Assembly (NCBI GenBank): GCA_049967855.1
Contig: JBMFRX010000016.1
Coordinates: 1-25,315 of the forward strand
DNA: 25,315 bases
Direction: 5' to 3'
From: Caldisericaceae bacterium
GTDB lineage: Bacteria; Caldisericota; Caldisericia; Caldisericales; Caldisericaceae
Position numbers and translations under genes: made by a program. This document shows positions 1-10,100 of the stretch, piece after piece (position 1 is the first letter of the stretch; every line of letters begins with the position of its first letter). The notes beneath the pieces were generated by a model. The model did no database searches, was not told where the DNA came from, and saw only the letters and a program-made list of their open reading frames with translations.

Positions 1-937
1 CCTTTGTAAATACAGCACTGATTGTAGCATTAACTGGAACATTTACTGCACCATTTGAAGGTGAAGTTGAAAATACTGAGGGTGGATAACTTGTTTGTGT
101 GCCATTTATGATAACATTTGAAGTTGTCTCTCCTGCTTTTACAAAAACATCAGTTGTTGCAACACCAATTTTTGTATTTGTTAAAGGATCCCAAACTTCA
201 ACGGTATAGCCCCATCCAACTGGTGCTGGAACTTTGAAGTAGCCTGCTGATGAAGGATAACCTTCATTAACGCCATTATCTTCTGTTAGATATATTCCGA
301 TAACTGTGCCAGAAGAATTTCTGACAACAACCGGAGAGTTTGATGCAGGTGTAGTTCCATCGGATTGGTAAGCCATTCCTTCAATCCAGCCGCCATCTGT
401 ATCAACCCAAGAGGGAGGAGTGAAGCCTGAAATATGCATATTCATCATGTGCACACTATAATAAGTTGCAGTTATTTGAGTAGTTGTATTAGTTGGATTG
501 CTTGTCAAATAAAATCTAACTCTAATGTTTGGAATAACAGAATAGTCTTTATCTATTCTTGACTTAACAAAAATCCACCCAGACCAGTTACCAGAGCTAT
601 CCGTTGTAATTGACGGATGCCCAGAAGTGCCATTCGGTGCAGATGAAGTAGTTGCAACCCACTGGGAAGTTGCCGGGTTCCAGATATAAGCACCAGACGG
701 GTTTGATGCATTGTAAAAGTAAGCATTCACATAATATTGAGTGCTTGGCGTTGCGCCTGCTAATGAAACGTAATACGCAATAGGTGTCCCAGAAGAAGGC
801 GTTCCATCATAAGGAGCATACAAGTAGGAATACGGAAGACTTACTGCTGCTGCTCCTTTCGCCATGTTTCCAAGCGGTGCAAGCAATTATACAATCATCG
901 CCAATGCTACCACAATCGACAAAAACTTTTTGTTCAT
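1..937 (-). pseudogene. 5' part of a large secreted/surface protein with an SbsA-type Ig-like domain; in-frame TAA at codon 17 (887-889); runs off the left edge
   Basis: Manual translation from ATG 937 (SD AAGGAGG upstream) gives MNKKFLSIVVALAMIV*LLAPLGNMAKGAAAVSLPYSY... The frame then stays open to base 1, is S/T/G/N/Y-rich and ends PSVFSTSPSNGAVNVPVNATISAVFTK, a typical Big_5/SbsA Ig-like start. Absent from the ORF track. Confidence 0.7.
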
Positions 938-1102
938 TCAAAACCTCCTTTCAAATTTTTAACTTTTTTTCTACGGCTTTAGATTATATGAAAAAATTAA
1001 AAAAACAAAAAATGCAAGTGAAGGTTTTTTAGTTTTCCGCTAACAACAAATTTGCTCTGAGAGTGTTGCCTATATCATTTTTTAACAACAAAATACAAAA
1101 CA

Positions 1103-1187
1103 GGAGATTGCCATAAAGGATTGCGCAAAGACAGCGCCCCTCCCGTCATCCCAAAAAGCCTTTCTGAGGGATCTTTGCCGTTGCCTT
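1103..1187. repeat. CGTC-type REP-like pair (inverted GGAGATTG...GAC unit plus type A GTCATCC...CTGAGGGATCT)
   Basis: 1145-1174 gtcatcccaaaaagcctttctgagggatct matches copies at 2282, 9722, 10045, 11466 and 19750 (rc). The spacer acagcgcccctccc resembles acagcacccctcct at 10031. Confidence 0.8.
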
Positions 1188-1642
1188 GTCAGTGCATTTT
1201 TGTCAAGCTAAGATATCAACAAAAAACCGCATACAGACTAGTGTTTATGCGTGTTTACAGAAGCACTTCGTATGACACGAGCTAACGGCCTGCCAAGAGG
1301 ACATAATTTTGGGTAGTATAAAAAGTACTAAATCGGACTCTTTTGCTCAAAATTGCCCTATAAAAACAACGGGTAAAAAATAAGGTATAATGCGGCTTTC
1401 CCGCTTAAACACCCAAAAAGCAAGTATTTTTGAAAACGGGAAAATCACCTCTATTTAAAGAAAGGGTCTTAAAATCATAATTCTTTAAAGCGCTTTTTGG
1501 AGTGAAAAGATGGAGAAAATTCATAAAACGGCACCTACAACTTTATAGTGCTTATAATTCTATGGTATTGTAGTATTTTTTGAAATCACATAATAATCGT
1601 ATAATTTATAGCGTAAGTCATTGGAATAATGAGAGGTGCAGT

Positions 1643-2221
1643 ATGATAAAAGGCGATTTAAATGGTATTTCTGCTGAAGATTTGATACAACTTATTTTCC
1701 AGGCAAACAAGAGAGGCACACTTAATGTGATTTCCAAGAGCGGACCTTTTCGTTTGTACTTTAACAGACAAGAAATTTATCATGCTTACTCGCCGCACTA
1801 CACACACGGAAAGGATGCGGTTATGGAGTTTTTCCTTGTACATGAAGGGACATTTGAATTTGTAGAGGGAGAATTCACCGACAAGTATATCTCTGTAGCA
1901 GGTTCAATGTTTGACATCATCTCAGAAGGCATACAAGTTAGAGAAGAATTATCAGGGATTTTCTCGCAAGTTAATGATGAGACTACGTTTGATGTTCTGC
2001 AAATGAAAGAAAATGGTTCTGTGTCGTTTTCAAGTAAAGAGTTCGCCATTCTGAGATTGATTGGGGAAGGACGCCAATCAAAAGAGATTATGAAAGAAGC
2101 CGAGATAGAGTTTTTTGCATTTCTCAGAATATTGAAAAGATTTATAAATCAAAACATTGTCGTAATAAAGAAAGAGGTAATACAAGAGCCCCCAAAAAGA
2201 AGGGGCATACTCGGCAGATGA
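1643..2221 (+). CDS. DUF4388 (PatA-N-like) domain protein with a C-terminal HTH-like region
   Basis: MIKGDLNGISAEDLIQLI...KRGTL and 'EGTFEF' match the DUF4388 pattern. SD GAGAGG lies before ATG 1643, so the track start at 1580 is probably too long. Confidence 0.75.
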   Translation: MIKGDLNGISAEDLIQLIFQANKRGTLNVISKSGPFRLYFNRQEIYHAYSPHYTHGKDAVMEFFLVHEGTFEFVEGEFTDKYISVAGSMFDIISEGIQVREELSGIFSQVNDETTFDVLQMKENGSVSFSSKEFAILRLIGEGRQSKEIMKEAEIEFFAFLRILKRFINQNIVVIKKEVIQEPPKRRGILGR

Positions 2222-2245
2222 TTGCATAAATCCGAAGGTGACGGA

Positions 2246-2353
2246 ATTACAATAAAGGATTGCGCAATGACGGATTGGGTTATCATCCCGAGAAGTTGTT
2301 CTGAGGGATCTCCGTCCTTGCCACTGCACTCTGTTCCTTGACACAGTCAAGTC
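2246..2353. repeat. REP-like composite (type A copy plus shared flanks)
   Basis: ataaaggattgcgcaa is shared with 1113. Type A copy at 2282-2311. The tail ttccttgacacagtcaagtc is shared with ttccttgacgcagtcaagtc at 9784-9803. Confidence 0.75.
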
Positions 2354-2479
2354 CGAAGGCGAAGTAGCCTTTATCAATGACGGTTCACCTATAAAAATAA
2401 CAACAAAGGGTAACGCCCGCTTCGCATTGGAATTTTTATTTTATTTGCATTTAATTATACTTTATTAAGGAGGCACGCA

Positions 2480-4636
2480 ATGAACCTAAAAGGGAAAATT
2501 GAAAACACCTTAGTCAAGAACGATGTTTTCATAACAGTTTTAGCTTCTCAAGGAAGTGCATACAAAGTTTTCTCTAAAAAAGAAATCAAGGATATCAGCA
2601 AAGGAATGTTTGTCAACTTTGTAAATATTGATTATAAGAAGAGCCTCTTCACTACCGAATACTTTTTCAACGACAAAAGTTTTGTTATTGTGCATCCTGG
2701 GATGCTCATAAAGCCTGAAGAAATCGCAATGAGCTCTGACAATAAATACGCTTCAAGTGTTTTCGAATTTGCCCTGGCAAGCAATAATCAAGGTTCCAAT
2801 GAAAAGGCTTTTTATAACTCGGTGAGGGGATACGCTGACACAGATGATAACATTAAGAAAATCGCCGAAAGGCTGCCGAAAGATATAAAGGCAAAGTTCA
2901 GCATCAAGCCCTTTGAAATCTCCACGACATTCGGCTTGCTCATAATGAATGCTCTTTACCTTGGCAGATACCCTGTCTCATTTGAGGCAAACAAACTGAA
3001 AGCAAAAATCCAAACGATAACAAGCAACACAGACAAATACATCCTCATCAGCAATGAAGGGACTCTCTCAGAAGAAAAGATAGAGGTTTTGGAAAAGCAA
3101 TCTCTTGTATCTTCGCGCAATCTGATTGCTCAAATTTTCTTTGAAGATTCCCATAAAGAAATTCTCGATACAGAATGCCCCGACACCAATCCAGCCGCCA
3201 GATTCATCGCAACAATCAAAGAACACCCAGAAGAGTTTAAAACCTTTGATGATTACTTTACATCTTTCCTTAAAGATGAATACAAAAGAAGGATTAAATT
3301 CAGAAAGATTGTTCAAAGCGGCCTAAATCCAAAAAAACCAAGCGTCCAGATTCGCTCTTCGCAAGGCTCTCTATTTGAATTGAGCGCAAAAATAGACAAT
3401 AATGAAGGGATGCTCAACGACGGAGCAGACATCGTTGTGGTTGAGAAACCTCCCCTTGACAGAAAAACACTCGGCAAGGTGCAACAAGTAACTTTCGACG
3501 ATTTAAGAATAGCTCTTGACGCTCCTGTGGTGAACGCCGAGTTCATAACGCCGCTGAATGCTTCTTTTTCTAAATACGCAGGGCTGTTTGATTATGCTTA
3601 TTCAGAAACCATTCCTGCAAGAATCGCCAAAGGCGAAACAGTGCCTTCAATTTCAATCTCAGATGAACTCTACATCGAAGGAGACTCAGAAGAGAACAAA
3701 GCTGTCAATCTCATACTTTCTCAAAGCCCCCTTGTGCTTGTTAAGGGAGGCTACGGCACGGGCAAGAAATTCGTAGTGAACAGGGCTCTTGCGGAGATAT
3801 CCAGCAAAAACGAATCTGTCATCATTGCAACCGATTCAAGGGAAGACGAGTTCAAAGGCTTTCTTGCTCGCGAAAATGTGCAACTTACAAACGCCAATGA
3901 TATCTGTGCCATACCTTCTGGTAAAACATTTGACTACGGTTTTGTGTTCCTTGCCCATCCTGCTCAGAAAAACCTCATCGAAAGAATCCTTGCAATCTCA
4001 AGGAAGGCTGCAATTCTAACAAGCACTGATTCAACGGTGGAAATAGAATCAAAGATACCTGCCGACTGTGTTGTGACGCTTAACAGTGAACACCGCTTTG
4101 GCAAGTATATGATGCACTTTGTGAACAAAATTGCTGCAATGAATCTTCAAGCTGCCGATGACAATATGCTTGCAATAGTCAACAAAGACATTATCGACAC
4201 GAATTTCATCCAGATTGTTAACCCTGAGAAGTTTGTCCAGTTTGTCTCAATATCCTCAAAAACCTTTGGCAAAAAGAACAAGTGGAACATCGCCGAAGCC
4301 GAATTCACTGTTGAAGCTATTTCACAATTTCTGAAAGGCGGCGTTGACAGAAGCAGCATCGGTGTGATAGTGCCCTACGAAAGGCAAAGGAAACTCATCG
4401 AGAAAACACTTCTTGATAGAAAAATCCCCGATATTGCTGTTTATGAAGTCGAGGATGCTGCGGAAAAGGATTTGGTTTTCATTAATTTTGTAGAAAACGA
4501 GGCTCTGACATCAAAGTTGAATGATGCTCATTACCTCAAGTTTGCTCTAACGAGAGCAAAGAATAAAATACTCCTTGTTGGAAGCGGCTCTCTTTCAAAG
4601 AAAGAAAACTTGCTTTCAAAATTACTTCGAAAATAG
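2480..4636 (+). CDS. Dna2/Nam7 (SF1B, AAA_12) helicase-like protein, probably catalytically degenerate
   Basis: P-loop-like GGYGTGKK, HRFG (QYRM-like), IGVIVPYERQ, EKD and FALTRAK motifs. The N-terminus resembles the Dna2 OB/nuclease region. Strong SD AAGGAGG. Confidence 0.7.
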   Translation: MNLKGKIENTLVKNDVFITVLASQGSAYKVFSKKEIKDISKGMFVNFVNIDYKKSLFTTEYFFNDKSFVIVHPGMLIKPEEIAMSSDNKYASSVFEFALASNNQGSNEKAFYNSVRGYADTDDNIKKIAERLPKDIKAKFSIKPFEISTTFGLLIMNALYLGRYPVSFEANKLKAKIQTITSNTDKYILISNEGTLSEEKIEVLEKQSLVSSRNLIAQIFFEDSHKEILDTECPDTNPAARFIATIKEHPEEFKTFDDYFTSFLKDEYKRRIKFRKIVQSGLNPKKPSVQIRSSQGSLFELSAKIDNNEGMLNDGADIVVVEKPPLDRKTLGKVQQVTFDDLRIALDAPVVNAEFITPLNASFSKYAGLFDYAYSETIPARIAKGETVPSISISDELYIEGDSEENKAVNLILSQSPLVLVKGGYGTGKKFVVNRALAEISSKNESVIIATDSREDEFKGFLARENVQLTNANDICAIPSGKTFDYGFVFLAHPAQKNLIERILAISRKAAILTSTDSTVEIESKIPADCVVTLNSEHRFGKYMMHFVNKIAAMNLQAADDNMLAIVNKDIIDTNFIQIVNPEKFVQFVSISSKTFGKKNKWNIAEAEFTVEAISQFLKGGVDRSSIGVIVPYERQRKLIEKTLLDRKIPDIAVYEVEDAAEKDLVFINFVENEALTSKLNDAHYLKFALTRAKNKILLVGSGSLSKKENLLSKLLRK

Positions 4637-5812
4637 AGTGATTTTTCGCCTGAGGTAGTAATAAGGCGTTTTGCTTGCAAGGATTATCCTGAAGCCAGCT
4701 TTCCAGGGTTTATCAATGACTCCGTAGTTTTGTATAACTTGCTCCATCGAATCCCTGTTCAGGTTCTTAATGATTGAGTCTTTATCGTCATCAGTTAGCG
4801 TTGTGTAGACGTCTCTCATAAAGAGCTCCAGACGAATTTCCTTCCCCACTGTGCTTTTCCAGCGCCTCTCGTATTTCTGAAGAAACCCTTTTGAGAAATC
4901 ATTGTTAGCAAGCGCCTCCAATATAACGTGGGCTGCAAACCTTGCAGAGAGAATCCCTGTGTAGAGCCCTCCTCCTGAGAAAGGCTTAACCTGGCGAGCA
5001 GAGTCCCCCACAAGCAAAACATTGTCTTTCACACTTTCTTTTATGAGCCCCGTTGGGATGCTCCATACAACAGGATTTTCATAAGAGATATTTTGCCCCT
5101 TCAATGGAACAAACTTATCAGAAAGGAGCATCATAAGGCTCTTGAGATTTTCCCTTCTGTCGGTGCCAAGCCCGATGCGTGCCTTTGTTGCCGACACAGG
5201 TATAACCCACGAAAACCAGTTGTGCGAAACGCTGTTATCCATCAAGATGTCAACCATCGAAGGGTCTTGCGAAGAAAAAAACGTTTCAGATTGAATTGTA
5301 TAAATCTCTCTTCCTGCGAAATCATCAAAGCCAAACATTTTCTTAACAGATGATGTTGCCCCAGTTGCAACCACAACCATTTTGGACGACAAAGAAATCC
5401 TTTCGGCTTGCTTATCCACAAAAAGTTTGATACCGTCATTAGTTCTTTCGAACGAAGAAACATTCCCACCAAAAAGAAATGATGCGCCGTTTTCGGTTGC
5501 CTTGCTGTAGAGATACCTGTCAAAATTAATCCTGTCAATGACAATTGCAAAACTGCGTTCCCTTTTGAAAGAGAAAGTGCTTTGGGAAGCCGAATAGACC
5601 GTTGCCCCGTGAATGTTGTTTGTAATGAGAGACGACGGAAAATGAACGACCTCGGGAAACTCCGTCGAAACCATCCCAGAGCAGTGATTAGGATAACCGA
5701 CTTCGCTTTTTCTTTCGATAACGAGGACGCTTACGCCCTTCTCTGCAAGTTCATTTGCAACCGTAGAACCAATAGGTCCTCCGCCAATCACAACCACATC
5801 GTAGAATTCCAT
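4622..5812 (-). CDS. Geranylgeranyl reductase family FAD-dependent oxidoreductase
   Basis: DVVVIGGGPIG Rossmann motif, PNHCSG, IDRINFDRYL, WVIP and LVGDSARQVKPFSGGG are GGR/DGGR-family signatures. Confidence 0.85.
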   Translation of the reverse strand: MEFYDVVVIGGGPIGSTVANELAEKGVSVLVIERKSEVGYPNHCSGMVSTEFPEVVHFPSSLITNNIHGATVYSASQSTFSFKRERSFAIVIDRINFDRYLYSKATENGASFLFGGNVSSFERTNDGIKLFVDKQAERISLSSKMVVVATGATSSVKKMFGFDDFAGREIYTIQSETFFSSQDPSMVDILMDNSVSHNWFSWVIPVSATKARIGLGTDRRENLKSLMMLLSDKFVPLKGQNISYENPVVWSIPTGLIKESVKDNVLLVGDSARQVKPFSGGGLYTGILSARFAAHVILEALANNDFSKGFLQKYERRWKSTVGKEIRLELFMRDVYTTLTDDDKDSIIKNLNRDSMEQVIQNYGVIDKPWKAGFRIILASKTPYYYLRRKITLFSK

Positions 5813-5839
5813 AAATTTATTATACTATAAAATACAATC
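5813..5839. promoter_or_regulatory. Back-to-back -10 boxes of two putative leaderless transcripts
   Basis: TATAAT on - (5819-5824) and TAAAAT on + (5828-5833), each 6 nt from its ATG. No SD in the 27-bp gap. Confidence 0.6.
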
Positions 5840-7102
5840 ATGAGCACGAAAATAAGCAAGCTATTTGAAAATCATAAGCCGAAAATGTCAGGAGTTGAGC
5901 TTCTGCGTTACATTGGGCCTGGCTTTCTTGTGACAGTTGGCTTCATTGACCCTGGCAATTGGGCTGCAAACGTCGCCGCTGGGTCAACGTTTGGGTATAA
6001 GTTGCTGTGGATGGTTACTCTTTCGACAATTCTGCTAATCATTCTTCAGCACAATGTTGCTCACCTTGGCATAGTTACGGGGCTGTGCCTTTCTGAGGCT
6101 TCCACTAAATTCTACAAACCAATCGTAAGCAGGACATTCTTGGGCTCAGCTATGCTTGCCTCAGTTTCAACTGCGCTTGCCGAGTTGCTCGGTGCATCCA
6201 TCGGACTGAAGATGCTCTTTAAGATTCCATTGCAAATTGGCGTAGTTCTGAGCTCTGCTTTTGTGCTTTATATGCTTTTCACAAACAGCTACCGCAAAAT
6301 AGAAAAATGGATTATAGGGTTTGTTGGACTCATCGGGCTATCGTTTATTTTTGAACTGTTCTTGGTTAACCCAAAAATCACAAGCGCTATTTCCGGGTGG
6401 TTTGTGCCAAGTTTTTCGAGTGGTTCAACCCTCATAATTATGAGTGTGCTTGGCGCAGTGGTGATGCCTCACAATCTTTTTCTTCACTCCGAAATCATCC
6501 AGAGCAGGGAATGGAATATTGAAAGCGAAGAGATTATAAAGAAACAGCTGAGATTTGAATTCACTGATACACTTCTTTCGATGATTGCAGGCTGGGCAAT
6601 AAACAGCGCAATGATAATTGTTGCAGCAGAGGTTTTCTTCTCAAGAGGCATAGTCGTTACAGAGCTTGAAACGGCTCAGGCAACACTCATTCCTCTGCTT
6701 GGGAACCTTGCCTCAACCGTTTTTGCGCTTGCTCTGCTTTTTGCAGGGCTCGCTTCGTCAATTACTGCAGGGATGGCTGCAGGTTCTATTTTTGCTGGGA
6801 TATTCAGCGAGCCTTTTGACATCCACGACAATCATTCAAGGCTCGGAGTTCTCATAACAATTCTTTCGGCAATGGCAATAGTTTTCTTTTTGAAAGATAC
6901 TTACAACGCCCTCATAATAAGCCAGGTGATACTGAGCATTCAGCTCCCCTGGACGATACTTGCACAGATAACGCTCACAGGACAAAGCAGGGTAATGGGG
7001 AAATACAAGAATGCTGGCATTGAGAAATGGCTACTTTACGCCGCGTTTGCAGTGGTGAGTTTACTGAATATCTTGCTGCTTACAAATATCAGGAACTTTT
7101 AA
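5840..7102 (+). CDS. mntH: Nramp-family divalent metal (Mn2+/Fe2+) transporter
   Basis: GFIDPGNW and GAVVMPHNLFLHS Nramp motifs; many hydrophobic TM segments. Confidence 0.92.
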   Translation: MSTKISKLFENHKPKMSGVELLRYIGPGFLVTVGFIDPGNWAANVAAGSTFGYKLLWMVTLSTILLIILQHNVAHLGIVTGLCLSEASTKFYKPIVSRTFLGSAMLASVSTALAELLGASIGLKMLFKIPLQIGVVLSSAFVLYMLFTNSYRKIEKWIIGFVGLIGLSFIFELFLVNPKITSAISGWFVPSFSSGSTLIIMSVLGAVVMPHNLFLHSEIIQSREWNIESEEIIKKQLRFEFTDTLLSMIAGWAINSAMIIVAAEVFFSRGIVVTELETAQATLIPLLGNLASTVFALALLFAGLASSITAGMAAGSIFAGIFSEPFDIHDNHSRLGVLITILSAMAIVFFLKDTYNALIISQVILSIQLPWTILAQITLTGQSRVMGKYKNAGIEKWLLYAAFAVVSLLNILLLTNIRNF

Positions 7103-7577
7103 TCTTTCTGTTGATGTAAGAGGCATAATCTTTGGTAATCGGCTTATAGTTGGTGTTGAAAAGAGGCGAGGAAATCAGGAAATCTGCCGTTGACCTGTCT
7201 GTGGCAGTGGGAATATTGTAGAGAGTTGCAATTCTCAAAAGGGCTTTCACATCTACATCGTGCGGTTGAGGTTCCATTGGGTCCCAGAAGAAAACAAGGT
7301 AGTCAATTTTACCTTCGGCAATCATTGCAGAGAGCTCAACATCTCCACCAAGCGGACCTGACTTGAGCTTTTTCATTTTGGGAAAGGCTCCTTTCTTCCT
7401 GAGAGCTTCTTCAACAAGGCGCCCTGTGGTGCCAGTGCAGACAAGTTCACAGGTTGAAATAGTCCCCCAGTTGAATTCAACCCACTCAATAAGGTCTTGC
7501 TTTTCCCTGTCGTGTGCAACAAGGGCAATTCGTTTGACTAATCTTTGTTCAGATTCCTTTCCAACGAAGTTTTCCAT
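7089..7577 (-). CDS. mgsA: Methylglyoxal synthase
   Basis: IALVAHD, TGTTG, SGPLGGD, FFWDP and PHDVDVKALLR motifs. Confidence 0.96.
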   Translation of the reverse strand: MENFVGKESEQRLVKRIALVAHDREKQDLIEWVEFNWGTISTCELVCTGTTGRLVEEALRKKGAFPKMKKLKSGPLGGDVELSAMIAEGKIDYLVFFWDPMEPQPHDVDVKALLRIATLYNIPTATDRSTADFLISSPLFNTNYKPITKDYASYINRKIKSS

Positions 7578-7761
7578 AGTCTTATTATAGCGAAAAATCA
7601 GAAATATGAAAAAGATTTCAAGGCATACTTATGCTTTTTTTAACAAACTTGCCTTCGGAAATAATACTTTTGATTTAAAATTTTTTTTGATATAATAAAA
7701 TGTATGATGAACATACACTCTGGAATGACCCAGAGAAAGGCTAAAAGATAGGAGGTAACAA

Positions 7762-9120
7762 ATGTCTGTTATTGATGAAGTTGTTGCAAAAGTAAAAAGC
7801 AAAGACAGAGACCAGCCAGAATTTATACAGGCTGTCACAGAAGTAATGGAAACACTTAAACCAACCGTTGACAAGCACCCTGAGTTTGTCAAAGCAAAAA
7901 TCTACGAACGCATCGTAGAACCTGATAGGATGATCATCTTTAGGGTCCCCTGGGAAGATGATAATCACGAGGTACAGGTGAACAGAGGCTTCAGGGTCCA
8001 GTTTAACAATGCAATCGGACCTTACAAGGGCGGACTTAGATTTCACCCTTCAGTGAACCTCGGAATTGTCAAATTTCTTGGTTTTGAACAGATCTTTAAG
8101 AACTCGCTCACAACACTCCCAATGGGCGGAGGAAAGGGTGGAGCAGATTTCGACCCAAAAGGAAAATCCGACGCAGAAGTTATGAGATTTACCTATGCCT
8201 TTATGAGAGAGCTTTACAGGCACATTGGACCTGATACAGACGTCCCTGCAGGAGATATTGGAGTTGGGGGTCGTGAAATTGGCTATTTGTTTGGTTACTA
8301 CAAGAAGATTGTGAACGAGCATACAGGCGTCCTCACAGGAAAAGGCCTCGAATTTGGCGGAAGCCTTATCAGGCCAGAGGCTACAGGATACGGCGTTACA
8401 TACTTTGCGGCAGAGATGCTTGGAACAAGAGGAAAAGAATTCACAGGCAAAGTTGTTGCAATCAGTGGTTCAGGAAACGTTGCCCAGTATGCAGTCCAAA
8501 AAGTAACTCAACTCGGCGGAAAGGCTGTTACTCTATCAGATTCTAACGGAACAATAGTCGACGAAGAAGGCATCAACGCAGAAAAGCTTGCATTCGTTAT
8601 GGATCTTAAGAATGTCAAGAGAGGAAGAATTAAAGAGTATACAGACCGCTATCCAAATGCAAAGTATTTTGAAGGCAAATCAGTTTGGGACGTTGTGAGT
8701 GACACAGGAATGAAAGTTGACGTGGCACTTCCTTGCGCAACTCAGAATGAAATCAGCGAAGCTCATGCAAATGCCCTTGTAAGGAACGGCGTTATCGCAG
8801 TTGCTGAAGGCGCAAATATGCCATCAGACCTTGCTGCAATCAAGGTATTCCAGTCAAACAACGTATTGTTCGGACCAGCCAAGGCAGCAAACGCAGGCGG
8901 GGTAGCTGTGTCAGGACTTGAGATGAGCCAGAACAGCTTAAGGCTCTCGTGGACAAGAGAAGAAGTCGACTCAAGGCTCCAGCAGATAATGAAGAGCATC
9001 CACCAGGCTTCCCTTGAAGCGGCCGCAGCATATGGCGCACCAGGAGATTACCTCACTGGCGCAAACATTGCAGGATTCATTAAAGTTGCAAAGGCAATGC
9101 TTGCATACGGAATAGTCTAA
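7762..9120 (+). CDS. gdhA: NADP-specific glutamate dehydrogenase
   Basis: GPYKGGLRFHPSV, GGGKGG, DVPAGDIGVG, RPEATGYG, GSGNVA and EGANMP motifs; SD AGGAGG. Confidence 0.97.
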   Translation: MSVIDEVVAKVKSKDRDQPEFIQAVTEVMETLKPTVDKHPEFVKAKIYERIVEPDRMIIFRVPWEDDNHEVQVNRGFRVQFNNAIGPYKGGLRFHPSVNLGIVKFLGFEQIFKNSLTTLPMGGGKGGADFDPKGKSDAEVMRFTYAFMRELYRHIGPDTDVPAGDIGVGGREIGYLFGYYKKIVNEHTGVLTGKGLEFGGSLIRPEATGYGVTYFAAEMLGTRGKEFTGKVVAISGSGNVAQYAVQKVTQLGGKAVTLSDSNGTIVDEEGINAEKLAFVMDLKNVKRGRIKEYTDRYPNAKYFEGKSVWDVVSDTGMKVDVALPCATQNEISEAHANALVRNGVIAVAEGANMPSDLAAIKVFQSNNVLFGPAKAANAGGVAVSGLEMSQNSLRLSWTREEVDSRLQQIMKSIHQASLEAAAAYGAPGDYLTGANIAGFIKVAKAMLAYGIV

Positions 9121-9147
9121 TAAGTTAATATACAGTTTGATATTGAT

Positions 9148-9175
9148 ATTGGCTCCCTTAGGGGAGCCAATTTTT
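9148..9175 (+). terminator. Intrinsic terminator after gdhA
   Basis: attggctccc-ttag-gggagccaat followed by a T run. Confidence 0.8.
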
Positions 9176-9563
9176 ATTGAACTATGAATGTGTATGTGAC
9201 AGTCTTATCGACCTTGTTTTGCTCCCAGCTTCGATAGTATTCAAAAATGATTTGAGTTTTTCCTGTCTTCAAGCCTTTGATTTGCCAGATGTGATTTCCA
9301 GGAGCTCCCATAAGATTACTTGTAGGGGCTTCAAAGTGCTCGCTTTCGATACTCACAACAGAAGTATTAACAACATTCCAGTGCCAGGTGTATCCTGTAG
9401 TAGGATTTTCTTCAAGCTGAATTGAAACCGTCTCGCCAGGTTTGAGGTAAACCTCGTTTTGGCCGCGCTTTGCAATATTCTTTGCAACAACGGGAATCGC
9501 CGCCACAGCCGCAACAATCACCAGCACAACAACACTCACAACAATAACATTTCTCTTGCTCAT
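9174..9563 (-). CDS. Secreted protease inhibitor I42 (chagasin) family protein
   Basis: N-terminal hydrophobic signal/anchor; ENPTTGYTW, MGAPG and YRSWE chagasin motifs; SD GGAGG before ATG 9563. Confidence 0.88.
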   Translation of the reverse strand: MSKRNVIVVSVVVLVIVAAVAAIPVVAKNIAKRGQNEVYLKPGETVSIQLEENPTTGYTWHWNVVNTSVVSIESEHFEAPTSNLMGAPGNHIWQIKGLKTGKTQIIFEYYRSWEQNKVDKTVTYTFIVQ

Positions 9564-9699
9564 CTTTACGCCTCCAGTTTTTTTCTTCAATATTTAGACT
9601 GGACTAATGCAGGAAAAGTTCCAAAGATATTTCAATATCAACACAAAGTTTACATTATCTTTGTTTAACCCTTTGTACCAACGGGTAAATCCAACCAGG

Positions 9700-10090
9700 T
9701 TGCACAATGTAGGGAGTTGTAGTCATTCCGAAAAGTTTTTCTGAAGGATCTCCGCCGTTAATTTCCCTTCATCCTGCGCTCTTTTCCTTGACGCAGTCAA
9801 GTCTTGTTTCAGGATCTACCGTTGACGCCCCCTTTTTGTCATCGCGAGGAGCCCGAAGGGCGACGTGGCGATCTCTCTTTGCTTTACTGAATGCTTTAAA
9901 ACGAGATGCTGAATAGAGACATTTCAGCATGACGGAGGGAAAAGACAAAAGAGGAGATTCCTCACTTCGTTTCGGAATGACGGGTGTGGGAGGAGATTGT
10001 CACGCTCGTAAAAACCACTCGCTCGGAATGACAGCACCCCTCCTGTCATCCTGAAAGGTCTTTCTGAGGGATCTCCGCCATTGCCTTTTA
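9700..10090. repeat. Cluster of about six CGTC-type REP-like palindromes (types A, B, C)
   Basis: Type A at 9722-9751 and 10045-10074. Type C gtcatcgcgaggagcccgaagggcgacgtggcgatctc at 9838-9875. Type B (rc) at 9901-9933. Inverted gagatt...ggaatgac units at about 9954-9981 and 9993-10032. Confidence 0.85.
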
Positions 10091-10100
10091 TGTTGCCTTC

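Noticed and set aside
784..1032. 82-aa + strand ORF
   Set aside because: It is antisense to the surface-protein start and its AT-rich promoter, has no SD and has low-complexity composition.
1225..1330. Imperfect hairpin ccgcatacagactagtgtttatgcg and nearby acataat...tagtataaaa as a possible att or dif site
   Set aside because: No XerD arm match and no integrase or tRNA gene nearby; unsupported.
4622..5812. GGR-family gene as evidence of archaeal-type ether lipid synthesis
   Set aside because: The family is widespread in bacteria, and no GGGP/DGGGP synthase or other pathway gene is adjacent.
4622..7102. Short 3' overlaps of convergent genes (4622-4636, 7089-7102)
   Set aside because: Ordinary genome compaction.
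9700..10090. Possible CRISPR array
   Set aside because: The units differ in sequence, orientation and spacing, and no cas genes are present. A REP cluster fits better.
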